A DNA stretch of 61,950 nucleotides from an uncultured Chitinophagales bacterium. Lineage in GTDB: Bacteria > Bacteroidota > Rhodothermia > Balneolales > HLUCCA01. This document shows positions 1 through 9,613 of the stretch, in pieces. Position 1 is the first letter of the stretch; each line of letters opens with the position of its first letter. The notes beneath the pieces were generated by a model that saw only the letters and a program-made list of their open reading frames with translations, searched no databases and was not told the DNA's origin. The stretch covers positions 1 to 61,950 of the forward strand of contig CAYPOI010000004.1 of NCBI GenBank assembly GCA_964412365.1. The letters run 5' to 3'. The position numbers were made by a program, and so were the translations under genes.

Positions 1-678
1 CAAGCCACGGAATTCCTTGTCGGTGTGAAGGAACGACGCGATGCTCAGATCGATGTCCTGTTCAACACCCATCATCATGGCGACCACACCGGTGGAAACG
101 GAACCATGAATGCCAAGAAAATCGTAGCGCAAGAACAGGTTCCTGTATTGCAGACGGCACAAGGCGGACGAACCACACCTGTTTTGGCCACAGAAACCTT
201 CGAGACCGAATGGAAAGAGTTGTTTGGCGATGAAACGGTCACGGCGCATCATTTGAAGCCGGCACATTCTGGCTCCGATACCATTATCCATTTCGAAGAA
301 GCCAATGTGGCGCATATGGGTGATTTGGTCTTCAACCGGGTGTATCCGTTCATCGATCGGAACAGTGGTGGCCGTGTGAAAGGATGGATCGAGACCTTGG
401 AAGCCGCTCTGAAGCGCTATGACGACGATACGCTTTATATCCTCGGCCATGGAAATCCCGCATTCGGGGTGCAAGGGAAGGCATCGGATCTTAAGCAGAT
501 GCGGGATTATCTGACGGCTCTCATCACCAAAGTGGAAACGGGTATCAAAGGCGGCAAATCGCGTGAAGAAATCACCACACTGATGATTCTTCCTGGTTTC
601 GAAGATTACATCAGTTTTGGTCCACGGCTTTCTTTGACCGCAAATCTGGAAACGGTTTACGACGAACTGACGGCTTAA
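1..678 (+). CDS. MBL-fold metallo-hydrolase (5' end outside window)
   Basis: Frame 1 is open from base 1, and the listed start at 25 is only a GTG. HHHGDH (HxHxDH) metallo-beta-lactamase motif near the listed N-terminus, with later His/Asp ligands (HSGSD, HMGD, GHG). Confidence 0.85.
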   Translation, partial: QATEFLVGVKERRDAQIDVLFNTHHHGDHTGGNGTMNAKKIVAQEQVPVLQTAQGGRTTPVLATETFETEWKELFGDETVTAHHLKPAHSGSDTIIHFEEANVAHMGDLVFNRVYPFIDRNSGGRVKGWIETLEAALKRYDDDTLYILGHGNPAFGVQGKASDLKQMRDYLTALITKVETGIKGGKSREEITTLMILPGFEDYISFGPRLSLTANLETVYDELTA

Positions 679-2339
679 TAGCCGGAGGATGTTCCATAGC
701 CGCGAGGGTCCGCCGCGCCTTCGCGTCGTCCATCGGGATGGATGAAGATGAAGTGGACACGTGACCCGCCACCGTCCAAATCGGCTGTTTTATGTCCCAT
801 CATCCTAAGGCGGTAGAGTTGCGCCTCGGTGAGTGCTCCCGACTCGATGCGTAGCTCATCGGGCAAGTGCTGATGGTGAAAGCGCTTGGTCGCAACCGAT
901 TCCTCCGCGGACATCCCAAAAACCGCACCATTCAGAAATCCATGCAAGACGGATGTGATGATGCGAGGTCCGCCTGCCGCGCCCAACACCATCCGAAGGT
1001 CTCCATCTTTCACAACAATGGTTGGGGTCATGCTGCTGAGCATGCGTTTTCCGGGAGAGATGGCGTTCGCCTCGGTGCCAAGAAGGCCGAACATGTTCGG
1101 AGTTCCAGGTTTGATGGAAAAATCATCCATTTCATTGTTCATGAGAAATCCGGCGCCCGTGATTTCGACATAGCTGCCGTAGGATCCATTCAGAGTGGTG
1201 GTAATGGCGACGGCGTTGCCGGATGCGTCCACCACAGAAAAATGGGTGGTTTCCGGTGATTCAGCGGAAGCGGTTGGCGTTCCGTGGCTGACGTTCGAAC
1301 TGGATGTGGCGTGACCCGGTTCGAAGCTGCTCCATCTAGAGTCGAGATAGTCGCGGGAGAGCAGATCAGGATAGGAGATGGTGAGATAATCGGGGTCGCC
1401 AAGGTGGACATTCCGATCGGCGAATGCGCGACGTTCCGCCTCTGCCAACACGTGCATGTATTCTGGCGAGTTGGGACCCATCGTGGCCAGATCCAAGTGT
1501 GACACCATGCCCAAAACCTGAGTCAGGACCATGCTTCCACTAGAGGGGAGCGGCATCATGATGAGGTCATAGCCTTTGAACGATGTTGTGGCGGGTTCGC
1601 GCCAGACGGATTCGTAGTTGGCGAGATCGGCATGCGTCATGATGCCGCCGCGCTCGGAGAGCGCGGCGATGAGCGCGTCGGCGGTTTCTCCTTCGTAGAA
1701 ACCGCCGGGGCCGAGCTCGGCGATGCGGCGAAGGGTGTTGGCCAGGTCGGGTTGTATGAACGCATCGCCGGCGGCCCAGCGCTCGCCGGCCGGCGGGAGG
1801 AACGAGGTGGCGCCGTGTTCGCGCAGGCGCGAACCGGCGCTGTTCAGAGAGGCAGCCAGGCCGGCCGGCATGGCGTACCCGGCGTCGGCGGTACGGATGG
1901 CGGGTTGCAGCAGTTCAGACCAGGGTTTGGATCCGTACCGCCGGTGCGCGTCGTATAAGCCGCGAACCGAGCCGGGTACGCCAGATGCCAGCGCTCCGCG
2001 CTGGCTGAGCGCCGGCTGGGCGGCACCGCTCTCATCCACATACATGTCTCGGTGTGCCGCCGCCGGCGCCACTTCGCGGAAATCGAGCGCGGCTGTGGTT
2101 CCATCCGCCAACCGCAAGACCATGAATCCGCCACCGCCGATATTCCCGGCCTGCGGATAAGTCACCGCCAATGTGAAAAATGTGGCTACGGCCGCATCCA
2201 CCGCGTTCCCACCATCTTCAAGGACTTGGGCTCCCACATCCGAAGCCAATGGATCGGCGCTGGAAACCACGGCATGTTGAAAGGTCTGTGCGGTCGCAGG
2301 AATCGCGATCAGGCACATCAGAATCCATCTAATAATCAT
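675..2339 (-). CDS. ggt: gamma-glutamyltransferase
   Basis: GGT hallmark segment PETTHFSVVDASGNAVAITTTLN (autoprocessing Thr), plus GGGGFM and MLSSMTPTIV. The ATG at 2339 gives signal peptide MIIRWILMCLIAIPATAQ. The listed GTG at 2360 is a possible alternative start. Confidence 0.9.
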   Translation of the reverse strand: MIIRWILMCLIAIPATAQTFQHAVVSSADPLASDVGAQVLEDGGNAVDAAVATFFTLAVTYPQAGNIGGGGFMVLRLADGTTAALDFREVAPAAAHRDMYVDESGAAQPALSQRGALASGVPGSVRGLYDAHRRYGSKPWSELLQPAIRTADAGYAMPAGLAASLNSAGSRLREHGATSFLPPAGERWAAGDAFIQPDLANTLRRIAELGPGGFYEGETADALIAALSERGGIMTHADLANYESVWREPATTSFKGYDLIMMPLPSSGSMVLTQVLGMVSHLDLATMGPNSPEYMHVLAEAERRAFADRNVHLGDPDYLTISYPDLLSRDYLDSRWSSFEPGHATSSSNVSHGTPTASAESPETTHFSVVDASGNAVAITTTLNGSYGSYVEITGAGFLMNNEMDDFSIKPGTPNMFGLLGTEANAISPGKRMLSSMTPTIVVKDGDLRMVLGAAGGPRIITSVLHGFLNGAVFGMSAEESVATKRFHHQHLPDELRIESGALTEAQLYRLRMMGHKTADLDGGGSRVHFIFIHPDGRREGAADPRGYGTSSGY

Positions 2340-5300
2340 ATTTCCATTGGATGTCGACACCCGACTTCCGCTTGTCGGAGCCGGTCACGATCAGGTTCAG
2401 GTTTTGTCGCAAGGCGTATTCGATGATCACTTGGCTGTCTGAGGTGCTGCCAAGTTCCTGCAATATCGCTACAAATAATCGGTCGTTGATAAATTTTCCG
2501 GCTTTGATCGTGGTACCCGTGTTTCCGCTGGTTCGGGAGTTGTCGATTTCGATCACATCCAATCCGAGTGTGTTCGCGGCCAGATCACCCACGCGATCCA
2601 CCAACAAGTCCACCGCGATGTTGCCCACATTCGAGGAACCCGACATGGTCTGCTCCCAAGCCATCAATTGCTGGAACGGACGCGAGAACAAGGTGTAACT
2701 CACGATGTCCTGTTCTTCCATTTCGGGGTCGCTTTCGAAGCTGGGAATCGGTTTTTCCAAGGTACCGCTGATGATGTACCAGATGCTGATGTCGTGCGGC
2801 GGACGCAGCTCATACAGCGTCCGTATCTGTAACTCCGGGTTCTCCGGGTCGCCGCTGAACATCAGGTTGCCTTCTTCTAACGTGAACCGCTTGCCCAATT
2901 GGGTCACATTTCCTTGGTTGGTGCCCATGGTTCCGAATACGCTGAGCTCGCCCCCTTTCTCTTTGAGGATGTCCAGTTCTCCACGAAGTTCCAGATTGAG
3001 CTCGGGTTGGGACCGGTTTCGGACCCAGAAATTGCGATCGGTTGAGAATCGCAATTCCATCGCCAGATTCTCATACAACTGGACACTATCCAACCAGGGT
3101 TCCGATTCGTCTTCCAGCAGCACATCTTCAACCGAATTGTCGCCGAAATTATCCAAGTACAGGAATCCTCGATCCAAACGCAGAGATCCAGTCAGATGTG
3201 GATTTTCGAAGCTTCCGCGTAGCCGGTTTTCCAAACTTAGGAAAATCTGTTGTTCCCGCGTGTCGGATACCCGAATGTTTGTTCCTTTGAGCGTGATATC
3301 GAACGATGATGGGATGAGACCATCCATGTTGATGGTGCCCGTTGCCGAGGCTGTTCCATTGCTTTCAAAGCTGAGTCGGTTCACGTCGATTCGACCCGCA
3401 ACGAAGTTCAGATCGAATCCCATATTGCTCAACGTGATGTTCTGCTCGGGGAGAAACACGGAGCCTCGGGTCAGCTTCACATCGCCAGTCACAGCAGGAT
3501 TTGAATAGGATCCGGTCAGATTCAGATCGCCGTTGATGGATCCTCTCAACCGTCGTGCGGTGGACGGATCCAGAAACAGGTTGAACGCGTTGATATTGAA
3601 ATTCTGAGTCAACATTGATAATTGGATGGTTTCTAGCTCGGAATCGATGACGGGAACCATTCGGCGCATATCCACATCAAAAGGCAAGCTGCCGCTGATG
3701 TCCAACGCGGGTTGACCCAAACTGATCCATTTGGATTCCAATTGCACAGACTGGTTTCTTGAATCGAACGCCCATGATAGTCCTAAGGAATCCACAGGTA
3801 CCGAAGACACGTTGGATTGGGTGAGGTGCAACTCACCGGCGAATCTCGGATCGCCTGCTGTGCCGCTAACCGTGCCCTTGGTTCGGAAAAAGCCGGGTAT
3901 CGGTTCGAATCCGATCGACTCGAACAAGCTAGGAAACTCGGACAAATCCGTACGGGCGAGTTCAAAGGACCCGGTTATCGGAAGGGTGAAAAAGGTCCCA
4001 TCCAACGAGGTCGGATCTTGAAAAAGGAACGGAGTGGAGAAGCGGATGTCCAACCATTTCGTGTGATTTTTCAAACCAACGGCAACCACATCCAATCTCG
4101 CATCCAATAGCGACACATCAAACCAAAGGCTGTCTGCATTGACGGTCAGAATGTTGAACTCATCGGTGTAACCGGAGATCGTGAATTCGGGCTCGTTGCC
4201 CTGATACAGCACATCGCCCGTAACATTCAGCCGTCCGGTGATGGGTTCTTCCAAGTCAAAAAGCTCGCTGATCACAGCGAAATCCGCGTTGGAAACCTCG
4301 AACTCCATGCTGAGCGAGTCGGATTGTCGCGAGGCGTCGATGCGCATGAGCGCGCCGCTGTTTCCGGTGATTTCGAAATTCGCCAATCTCATTCCGGTTT
4401 CGGTGAGATCGAAGGTGAATGGATTCGACAAACGGTACGGTTCTCTCGCCATCACAAGATCCAGTTGCGATCCCACGATGTGGATGTCTGTGCCGTACTG
4501 AACGACATCCCCCTCGTGTGTCAGCGTGATGTCGTCGGTGGCCTGTGCTTCGAGGACATAAAACGCGGTGACACTGTCGGGGTGGATGCGGCCTTCGGTG
4601 CGCAATTCCGCGAAAGGAATGTCAAATCCGCCGACTTCCACGCGTTCCAATCGCAAATTGGTGCCAAATGTGGGTATGGTGAGGATGTCGGATTCGACCA
4701 TACCTGTCACACGTTCGATGAAAATGGTGTCGATTCTCACCTCATTCAGATCCACAAGTGCATCAAAGCGCATATGTCCAGCCGCCGAACGTGTGAGATT
4801 GGCGTTCAGTTCTCCACGGGCTTGTAGGGTTTCGAAGCCGGCCAAGGTCGCCAATGGTTGAAGATTGAGGATGGTAAGCGCGGCATCCAGTCGGTTTGCC
4901 TGGCTCAACGGATCGTTCAGATCTTGGCGCATTGTGATGGTTCCGTTCACGATGGCGGATTGGATGGTTCCTTCGGTGACAGTAAGGATCGATCGGTCGA
5001 AGTTGGCTACAGCGGTGACGCTATCGACCCGTGCACGGTTGATGATGGAATTACGGATTTCAAGACGTGCGTCAATCCGCGCTTGAGCCAGATCCACATT
5101 GCGGCCTCGGGCGGTCACTAACAGATTGAGGGACGTGGGAAACGATTCAAATCCTTCAATCAAGCGCATGTCGAACCCGGTGGTTTCCACGCGCATCGCA
5201 TAGGTCGGTTCGGGACGATTCCAATCCGATCCGAACACAAACGCGATGCTGTTTTCGCTGATCCGGATGTCTCCGGAACTGCTCAAGCTATCGGGATTGA

Positions 5301-6480
5301 CGAACCCTGACGCACGAAGGCGATCAATGGTCTGAGTATCGATCTGCACCTGCTGTGCCGTTGCCGTATAGGTGAGTTGGTAATCTGGCGACAATTCAGC
5401 TTGGATGGTGGTGGACCCGATGCGTCCGTCCGGGAAACGGATGTTGCGAGTGGACAAGGTTCCGGAAAGTCGACCTGCCTCGGTGCGCATGAGCGGCACC
5501 GATCCCTCAAATGATGCGTCGATGGATCGGATGTCGGGCATCGCCGGATCACCGAGCAGGCTTATCAGATTCAGTTGTGCGATCTGAAGCGTGAGTGCGG
5601 TTACGGTGGGGTCTTCATCCACGCGAAGCTGGAGGCCAAGGTTCAAGCCGGACATCCCAATCGCATCCGCCTTCAGGCTCATGGTCAGATTCGACAAGGT
5701 TCCGCGGATGTCGAGTTGAGCGGATACATCCTGCCGCAGCAGTTCCGACTCGGTCAAGGCTACGATGTCGCGCCAGGATAATGGATCTGTGATGGTGTTC
5801 GCTTCCAGTGCTCCGTCGTCGATGTTGAATGTGGCTTCGGAGCGGATCACGCTTCGTCCGGTCGCAATCACAAGGTCATCCAGCCGGATTCGTTTGGTGC
5901 TCGCATCCCCACTGAGGCTGACGGATGTCGAATCCAATGCGATGCCCCCCGCCATGAACTCCAGTTCCGTGATGGATAGTGCCGGTTCGGTCCCCATCCA
6001 TGTCGCCGATGCCGAGATCGACAACTCATTCACATAGGGAACGCCGTCGAACGATACCGATCCTTGGCGGATGAGGATCGACCTCACATCCAGATCGAGT
6101 GGAAGCTCGGGATAACCCTCCAATTCGGATGTGTCCGGTTCGGCGGTAAGCGGAACATAGGCGATGCGGGGACGAACCAAGGTCAGTTCATCGATTTGGA
6201 GGCTGCGATACACCAGCTGCCAGACCGAATACTGGATATGCACGGTATCGATCTCGGCGGTCAGCGTGCTATCTCCATAGGAGACGCCGATGAGCGTGGC
6301 GCCATTCCAGAGATCGCCATAGGATGAGTCGATGAGCAAGCCCGGAACAGATTCGGTAAGCGTATTGACGACATATCGGTGGAGCCAGTCGGTATTCAGC
6401 AGGAGTCGCAACGAAATGCCGATTACCAATAGGAGGAGAAGTGGAATCCAAATCCAGCGGTATATGCGTGTTTTGGACAT
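2329..6480 (-). CDS. tamB: translocation and assembly module protein TamB (AsmA-like, DUF490 C-terminus)
   Basis: About 1383 aa. Single N-terminal TM (RIYRWIWIPLLLLLVIGISL), a long beta-rich repetitive body, and a TamB-type C-terminus (GKFINDRLFV...GVDIQWKYDY). The ATG at 6480 overlaps the stop of the upstream Omp85 gene (TGATG). The listed start at 6669 is an in-frame extension into that gene. Confidence 0.85.
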   Translation of the reverse strand: MSKTRIYRWIWIPLLLLLVIGISLRLLLNTDWLHRYVVNTLTESVPGLLIDSSYGDLWNGATLIGVSYGDSTLTAEIDTVHIQYSVWQLVYRSLQIDELTLVRPRIAYVPLTAEPDTSELEGYPELPLDLDVRSILIRQGSVSFDGVPYVNELSISASATWMGTEPALSITELEFMAGGIALDSTSVSLSGDASTKRIRLDDLVIATGRSVIRSEATFNIDDGALEANTITDPLSWRDIVALTESELLRQDVSAQLDIRGTLSNLTMSLKADAIGMSGLNLGLQLRVDEDPTVTALTLQIAQLNLISLLGDPAMPDIRSIDASFEGSVPLMRTEAGRLSGTLSTRNIRFPDGRIGSTTIQAELSPDYQLTYTATAQQVQIDTQTIDRLRASGFVNPDSLSSSGDIRISENSIAFVFGSDWNRPEPTYAMRVETTGFDMRLIEGFESFPTSLNLLVTARGRNVDLAQARIDARLEIRNSIINRARVDSVTAVANFDRSILTVTEGTIQSAIVNGTITMRQDLNDPLSQANRLDAALTILNLQPLATLAGFETLQARGELNANLTRSAAGHMRFDALVDLNEVRIDTIFIERVTGMVESDILTIPTFGTNLRLERVEVGGFDIPFAELRTEGRIHPDSVTAFYVLEAQATDDITLTHEGDVVQYGTDIHIVGSQLDLVMAREPYRLSNPFTFDLTETGMRLANFEITGNSGALMRIDASRQSDSLSMEFEVSNADFAVISELFDLEEPITGRLNVTGDVLYQGNEPEFTISGYTDEFNILTVNADSLWFDVSLLDARLDVVAVGLKNHTKWLDIRFSTPFLFQDPTSLDGTFFTLPITGSFELARTDLSEFPSLFESIGFEPIPGFFRTKGTVSGTAGDPRFAGELHLTQSNVSSVPVDSLGLSWAFDSRNQSVQLESKWISLGQPALDISGSLPFDVDMRRMVPVIDSELETIQLSMLTQNFNINAFNLFLDPSTARRLRGSINGDLNLTGSYSNPAVTGDVKLTRGSVFLPEQNITLSNMGFDLNFVAGRIDVNRLSFESNGTASATGTINMDGLIPSSFDITLKGTNIRVSDTREQQIFLSLENRLRGSFENPHLTGSLRLDRGFLYLDNFGDNSVEDVLLEDESEPWLDSVQLYENLAMELRFSTDRNFWVRNRSQPELNLELRGELDILKEKGGELSVFGTMGTNQGNVTQLGKRFTLEEGNLMFSGDPENPELQIRTLYELRPPHDISIWYIISGTLEKPIPSFESDPEMEEQDIVSYTLFSRPFQQLMAWEQTMSGSSNVGNIAVDLLVDRVGDLAANTLGLDVIEIDNSRTSGNTGTTIKAGKFINDRLFVAILQELGSTSDSQVIIEYALRQNLNLIVTGSDKRKSGVDIQWKYDY

Positions 6481-8345
6481 CAGAACGTTTGTCCTACCGA
6501 AAAGTGGAGACCCCAGCGACCCAGAAATTCGGTATCGAGATCTTGCTGTCGAGGATTGAGCTTGTAGCCCAGATCCAATCGGATCGGGCCTAAGAATGAG
6601 GCATATCCAACACCCGCGCCGATTGAATATTGCAGAGAGGTGTATCCGTATTCGTCGAACCGTCGCCAAACTTGTCCACCATCGAAGAACAGATTAGTGG
6701 AGAGTCCGTTCAGAACGTTACCGGCATTTTGCCTCAGTTCCGTATTGAACGTGAGCATGGCACGTCCACCATCCGGAACCAATCCGTTGGTTGTGGCCCG
6801 CTTAGGACCCAATTGCCAGCGGCCATAACCGCGCACGCTGTTCGTTCCGCCGGCATAAAATCGGATGTTGGCCGGGATGAGATCCAAACTGGGGGCGAGC
6901 AGGGCGCCCGATTCGATACGTAACGCCAATTGGGTGCCGTTCCGGAGGGGGATGTAGCGTCTGACGTCCAACGATGCCTTCTGATAGGTGATGGTTCCGA
7001 GTCCGAAAAGCCCTGAAAATTCAAGAAATGGTCGGACCGCCCATCCATCCGACGGATCGAACAGAAATTGCTGATAGTAGCCGGAAAATTGCAAGGCGGA
7101 TTTGTCGTAGAGCAATGTGCTGTCGCGCAATTGAACTTGCACGGATTTCAGAAATTCCTCGTTCCTCGTCAATTCATAACTCACCGACCCGACCAAGCTT
7201 TGGCTATATCGATACAGGAAGGTGTTCGTGGCACCGTATCTGAGCAGCAAATAACTTTCTTCATCCACCCGCTGGGCGAAGGGCGACACGACATAGCTGC
7301 TGCTGGTGTTGTACACGTACGGGATGAGGTAATCGACATTGATCCGCTGCTCGAGAAACGATGCGCGGATGGATGTCGAGAAACTATGCGCGTTGCCGAA
7401 AGGATTGCGGTGGGTCCAAGATGCGTTTCCGCGGAAGTACTCCTCGTTACCGAATCCGACCGTGGTTCGAACACTTCGAAGTGGAAATTCTCTCACACGG
7501 ATGAAAAGGTTAACGGTCGAATCGCGCTCTTGGTCCGGCACGCTCACCGTCACGAAGCGGAACAGGTGATGTGAAAATATCTCTTGTTGAGCGCGTCCGA
7601 GGTAGCGTTGATTGAATCGGTCGCCCTTTTCGATTCCGGTTTCCCGACGAATCAAATCGGATTTGACGGATTCATGACCTTCCACATGGATGGTGTCGAT
7701 GTACGTGACAGGACCCGGATCCAATATCAGAGTAAGATCGGCCATGATGGCATTGGTGTCGATCACCTCTTCAAGTTTTACCTCGGCAAACGCATAACCG
7801 AGATTTTGCAAGGTACTTTTGAACAGCCCTTCGGTATCGGCCGTTTGAATCGACTGGAATCGCTTATCGACCTTGAGGGGATTCTGATTCCGCGCTCGGC
7901 GATAGCCTCGAGAGGATTCGATGGATTCGGAGTCGAACCCTTCCGGCCATTCCACTTCAAAGGTTCGGACCAATGTCGGCGTGCCTTCATCGATGGTGAA
8001 TCGGATGTCGCGTTGCCAATCGTGCTTACCGTCGCGTATCTGATAGGTAACGCGTGCATGAGAAAACCCGCGACGTTGGTAGTATCGCTGAATCCGGATG
8101 ACGTCGCGTCGAACATCCGTCTCCACATACTCATATCCGGTGCGTTTCCAGAAACGGAAACGTTCCATCAGCGACCGTTCGCGGTTGGCGATCACGGTTC
8201 GAAGCACCAAATCGGGATAGGTCTTATTTCCGTTGAAATCGACGCGCCGAACCTTCAGATCCAACTGATCATTTTGCGCGGAAAGCGACGTTGTCGCGAA
8301 ACACCCCAGCAATAACCCAATCAAAATCATGCGAAAAGACTGCAT
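6480..8345 (-). CDS. BamA/TamA-family (Omp85) outer membrane protein, possibly the lipoprotein TamL type
   Basis: 621 aa with POTRA-like N-terminal half and an Omp85 beta-barrel ending in ...HFSVGQTF (terminal Phe). Translationally coupled to tamB. The signal peptide contains an LLGC lipobox-like motif. Confidence 0.85.
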   Translation of the reverse strand: MQSFRMILIGLLLGCFATTSLSAQNDQLDLKVRRVDFNGNKTYPDLVLRTVIANRERSLMERFRFWKRTGYEYVETDVRRDVIRIQRYYQRRGFSHARVTYQIRDGKHDWQRDIRFTIDEGTPTLVRTFEVEWPEGFDSESIESSRGYRRARNQNPLKVDKRFQSIQTADTEGLFKSTLQNLGYAFAEVKLEEVIDTNAIMADLTLILDPGPVTYIDTIHVEGHESVKSDLIRRETGIEKGDRFNQRYLGRAQQEIFSHHLFRFVTVSVPDQERDSTVNLFIRVREFPLRSVRTTVGFGNEEYFRGNASWTHRNPFGNAHSFSTSIRASFLEQRINVDYLIPYVYNTSSSYVVSPFAQRVDEESYLLLRYGATNTFLYRYSQSLVGSVSYELTRNEEFLKSVQVQLRDSTLLYDKSALQFSGYYQQFLFDPSDGWAVRPFLEFSGLFGLGTITYQKASLDVRRYIPLRNGTQLALRIESGALLAPSLDLIPANIRFYAGGTNSVRGYGRWQLGPKRATTNGLVPDGGRAMLTFNTELRQNAGNVLNGLSTNLFFDGGQVWRRFDEYGYTSLQYSIGAGVGYASFLGPIRLDLGYKLNPRQQDLDTEFLGRWGLHFSVGQTF

Positions 8346-8383
8346 TTCGGCAATATACCAAGTGTTCCGTGTATCTTGAGTCT

Positions 8384-9613
8384 ATGATGAACGAACAGAG
8401 AATCCGACTATTGGGTATGATCGCTATTGTGGCGATTCAAGCCTGCTCCACCGCAAAACCGGTGGCCACGACATTGTCTTACGACCCACCAGGTGCCACT
8501 ACCGAATCCAAGCCTTTGGACCCTCATCACAAACGCATGATCGGTGCTGGAGACCCAGTGGTATGGGTGGATAATCGCTTTGATGGTGCCCGTTTCTCCG
8601 ATTTCTATGCCGTGAACGACACGTTATTTCGGGTTGTCATCCGCCCGGAAAACGCTCCCATCAACCGAAGTGCGTTTTATGGATTTCGCATTTGGGCGGA
8701 CACGCGTCGGTCGGCTTGGATAGAACTGACGTACGAAAACGGCTCCCATCGCTATATGCCCAAACTGAGCATGGATGGGAAAACATGGTCGGTAATGGAT
8801 AGCTCGGCCTTATACCGTGATGTGGATGCCGGCACCGCTTGGTTTCGGATGGATGTGGATCGCGAACCGACCTGGGTTTCCGCACAGCCGTTGTTCACCT
8901 CGGCCGATACGAACGATTGGCTGGTATCGCTTGGGCTGGAATCCGACATCATCGGCCACACGCATGAAGGTCGGCCGTTGCTGAATGTGGTGATCAATGA
9001 ATCCGGAAATCCGGCGGCACCGGCCATTGTATTGATGACGCGCCAACATCCGCCCGAACTGACCGGCGAAATCGCATTCCGGACATTCGTGGAAACGGTG
9101 TTGTCGGACGATGAACGGATGTCCGCTTTGCGTCGCACGCATCAGATCATTCTTTACCCGATGATGAATCCCGATGGGGTGGATGGCGGACACTGGCGTC
9201 ATAATGCCGGAGGCGTAGACTTGAACCGCGATTGGGGTCCCTTCGATCAGCCCGAGACCCGGGCCGTCCGCGACAATATGAGACATATCGCTTCCAGTGG
9301 CGGACCTGTTGTGTTCATGCTCGACTTTCACTCCACCTGGTATGATGTGTTTTATACGATTTCGAGGGATGAGGAACGTAGTGGCTTGTCGGACCGTTGG
9401 TTAGGGGGTATCCGGGCGAGGGTGCCCGGATATGTGATCCGGGACGAACCATCGGGAACAGCACCTACGATTTCAAAGAATTGGTTCTACCATGAATTCA
9501 ACACCGTGGGTGTGACCTACGAGGTCGGAGATGCCACTCCCGAGGTGTTGATCAAAGATGTAGCCCGCGCCGCGGCGTATAGCCTTGCACAATTATTAAA
9601 CCAAATTCCATGA
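8384..9613 (+). CDS. M14-family zinc carboxypeptidase, lipoprotein
   Basis: HxxE zinc motif (RQHPPE), MNPDG, DLNRDW, second His ligand (LDFHSTW) and catalytic Glu (VTYEVG). The ATG at 8384 gives lipoprotein signal MMNEQRIRLLGMIAIVAIQAC. The listed start at 8291 overlaps the divergent gene. Confidence 0.8.
   Translation: MMNEQRIRLLGMIAIVAIQACSTAKPVATTLSYDPPGATTESKPLDPHHKRMIGAGDPVVWVDNRFDGARFSDFYAVNDTLFRVVIRPENAPINRSAFYGFRIWADTRRSAWIELTYENGSHRYMPKLSMDGKTWSVMDSSALYRDVDAGTAWFRMDVDREPTWVSAQPLFTSADTNDWLVSLGLESDIIGHTHEGRPLLNVVINESGNPAAPAIVLMTRQHPPELTGEIAFRTFVETVLSDDERMSALRRTHQIILYPMMNPDGVDGGHWRHNAGGVDLNRDWGPFDQPETRAVRDNMRHIASSGGPVVFMLDFHSTWYDVFYTISRDEERSGLSDRWLGGIRARVPGYVIRDEPSGTAPTISKNWFYHEFNTVGVTYEVGDATPEVLIKDVARAAAYSLAQLLNQIP

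Noticed and set aside
6481-6669. N-terminal extensions in the ORF track: tamB to 6669, M14 from 8291, the permease to 23686, Fic to 36453, ispE from 59100, and the beta-lactamase-like gene to 17353.
   Set aside because: The extensions overlap neighbouring genes or structured intergenic DNA and use GTG/TTG starts. They also precede an internal ATG that yields a proper signal peptide, TM segment or conserved N-terminus.
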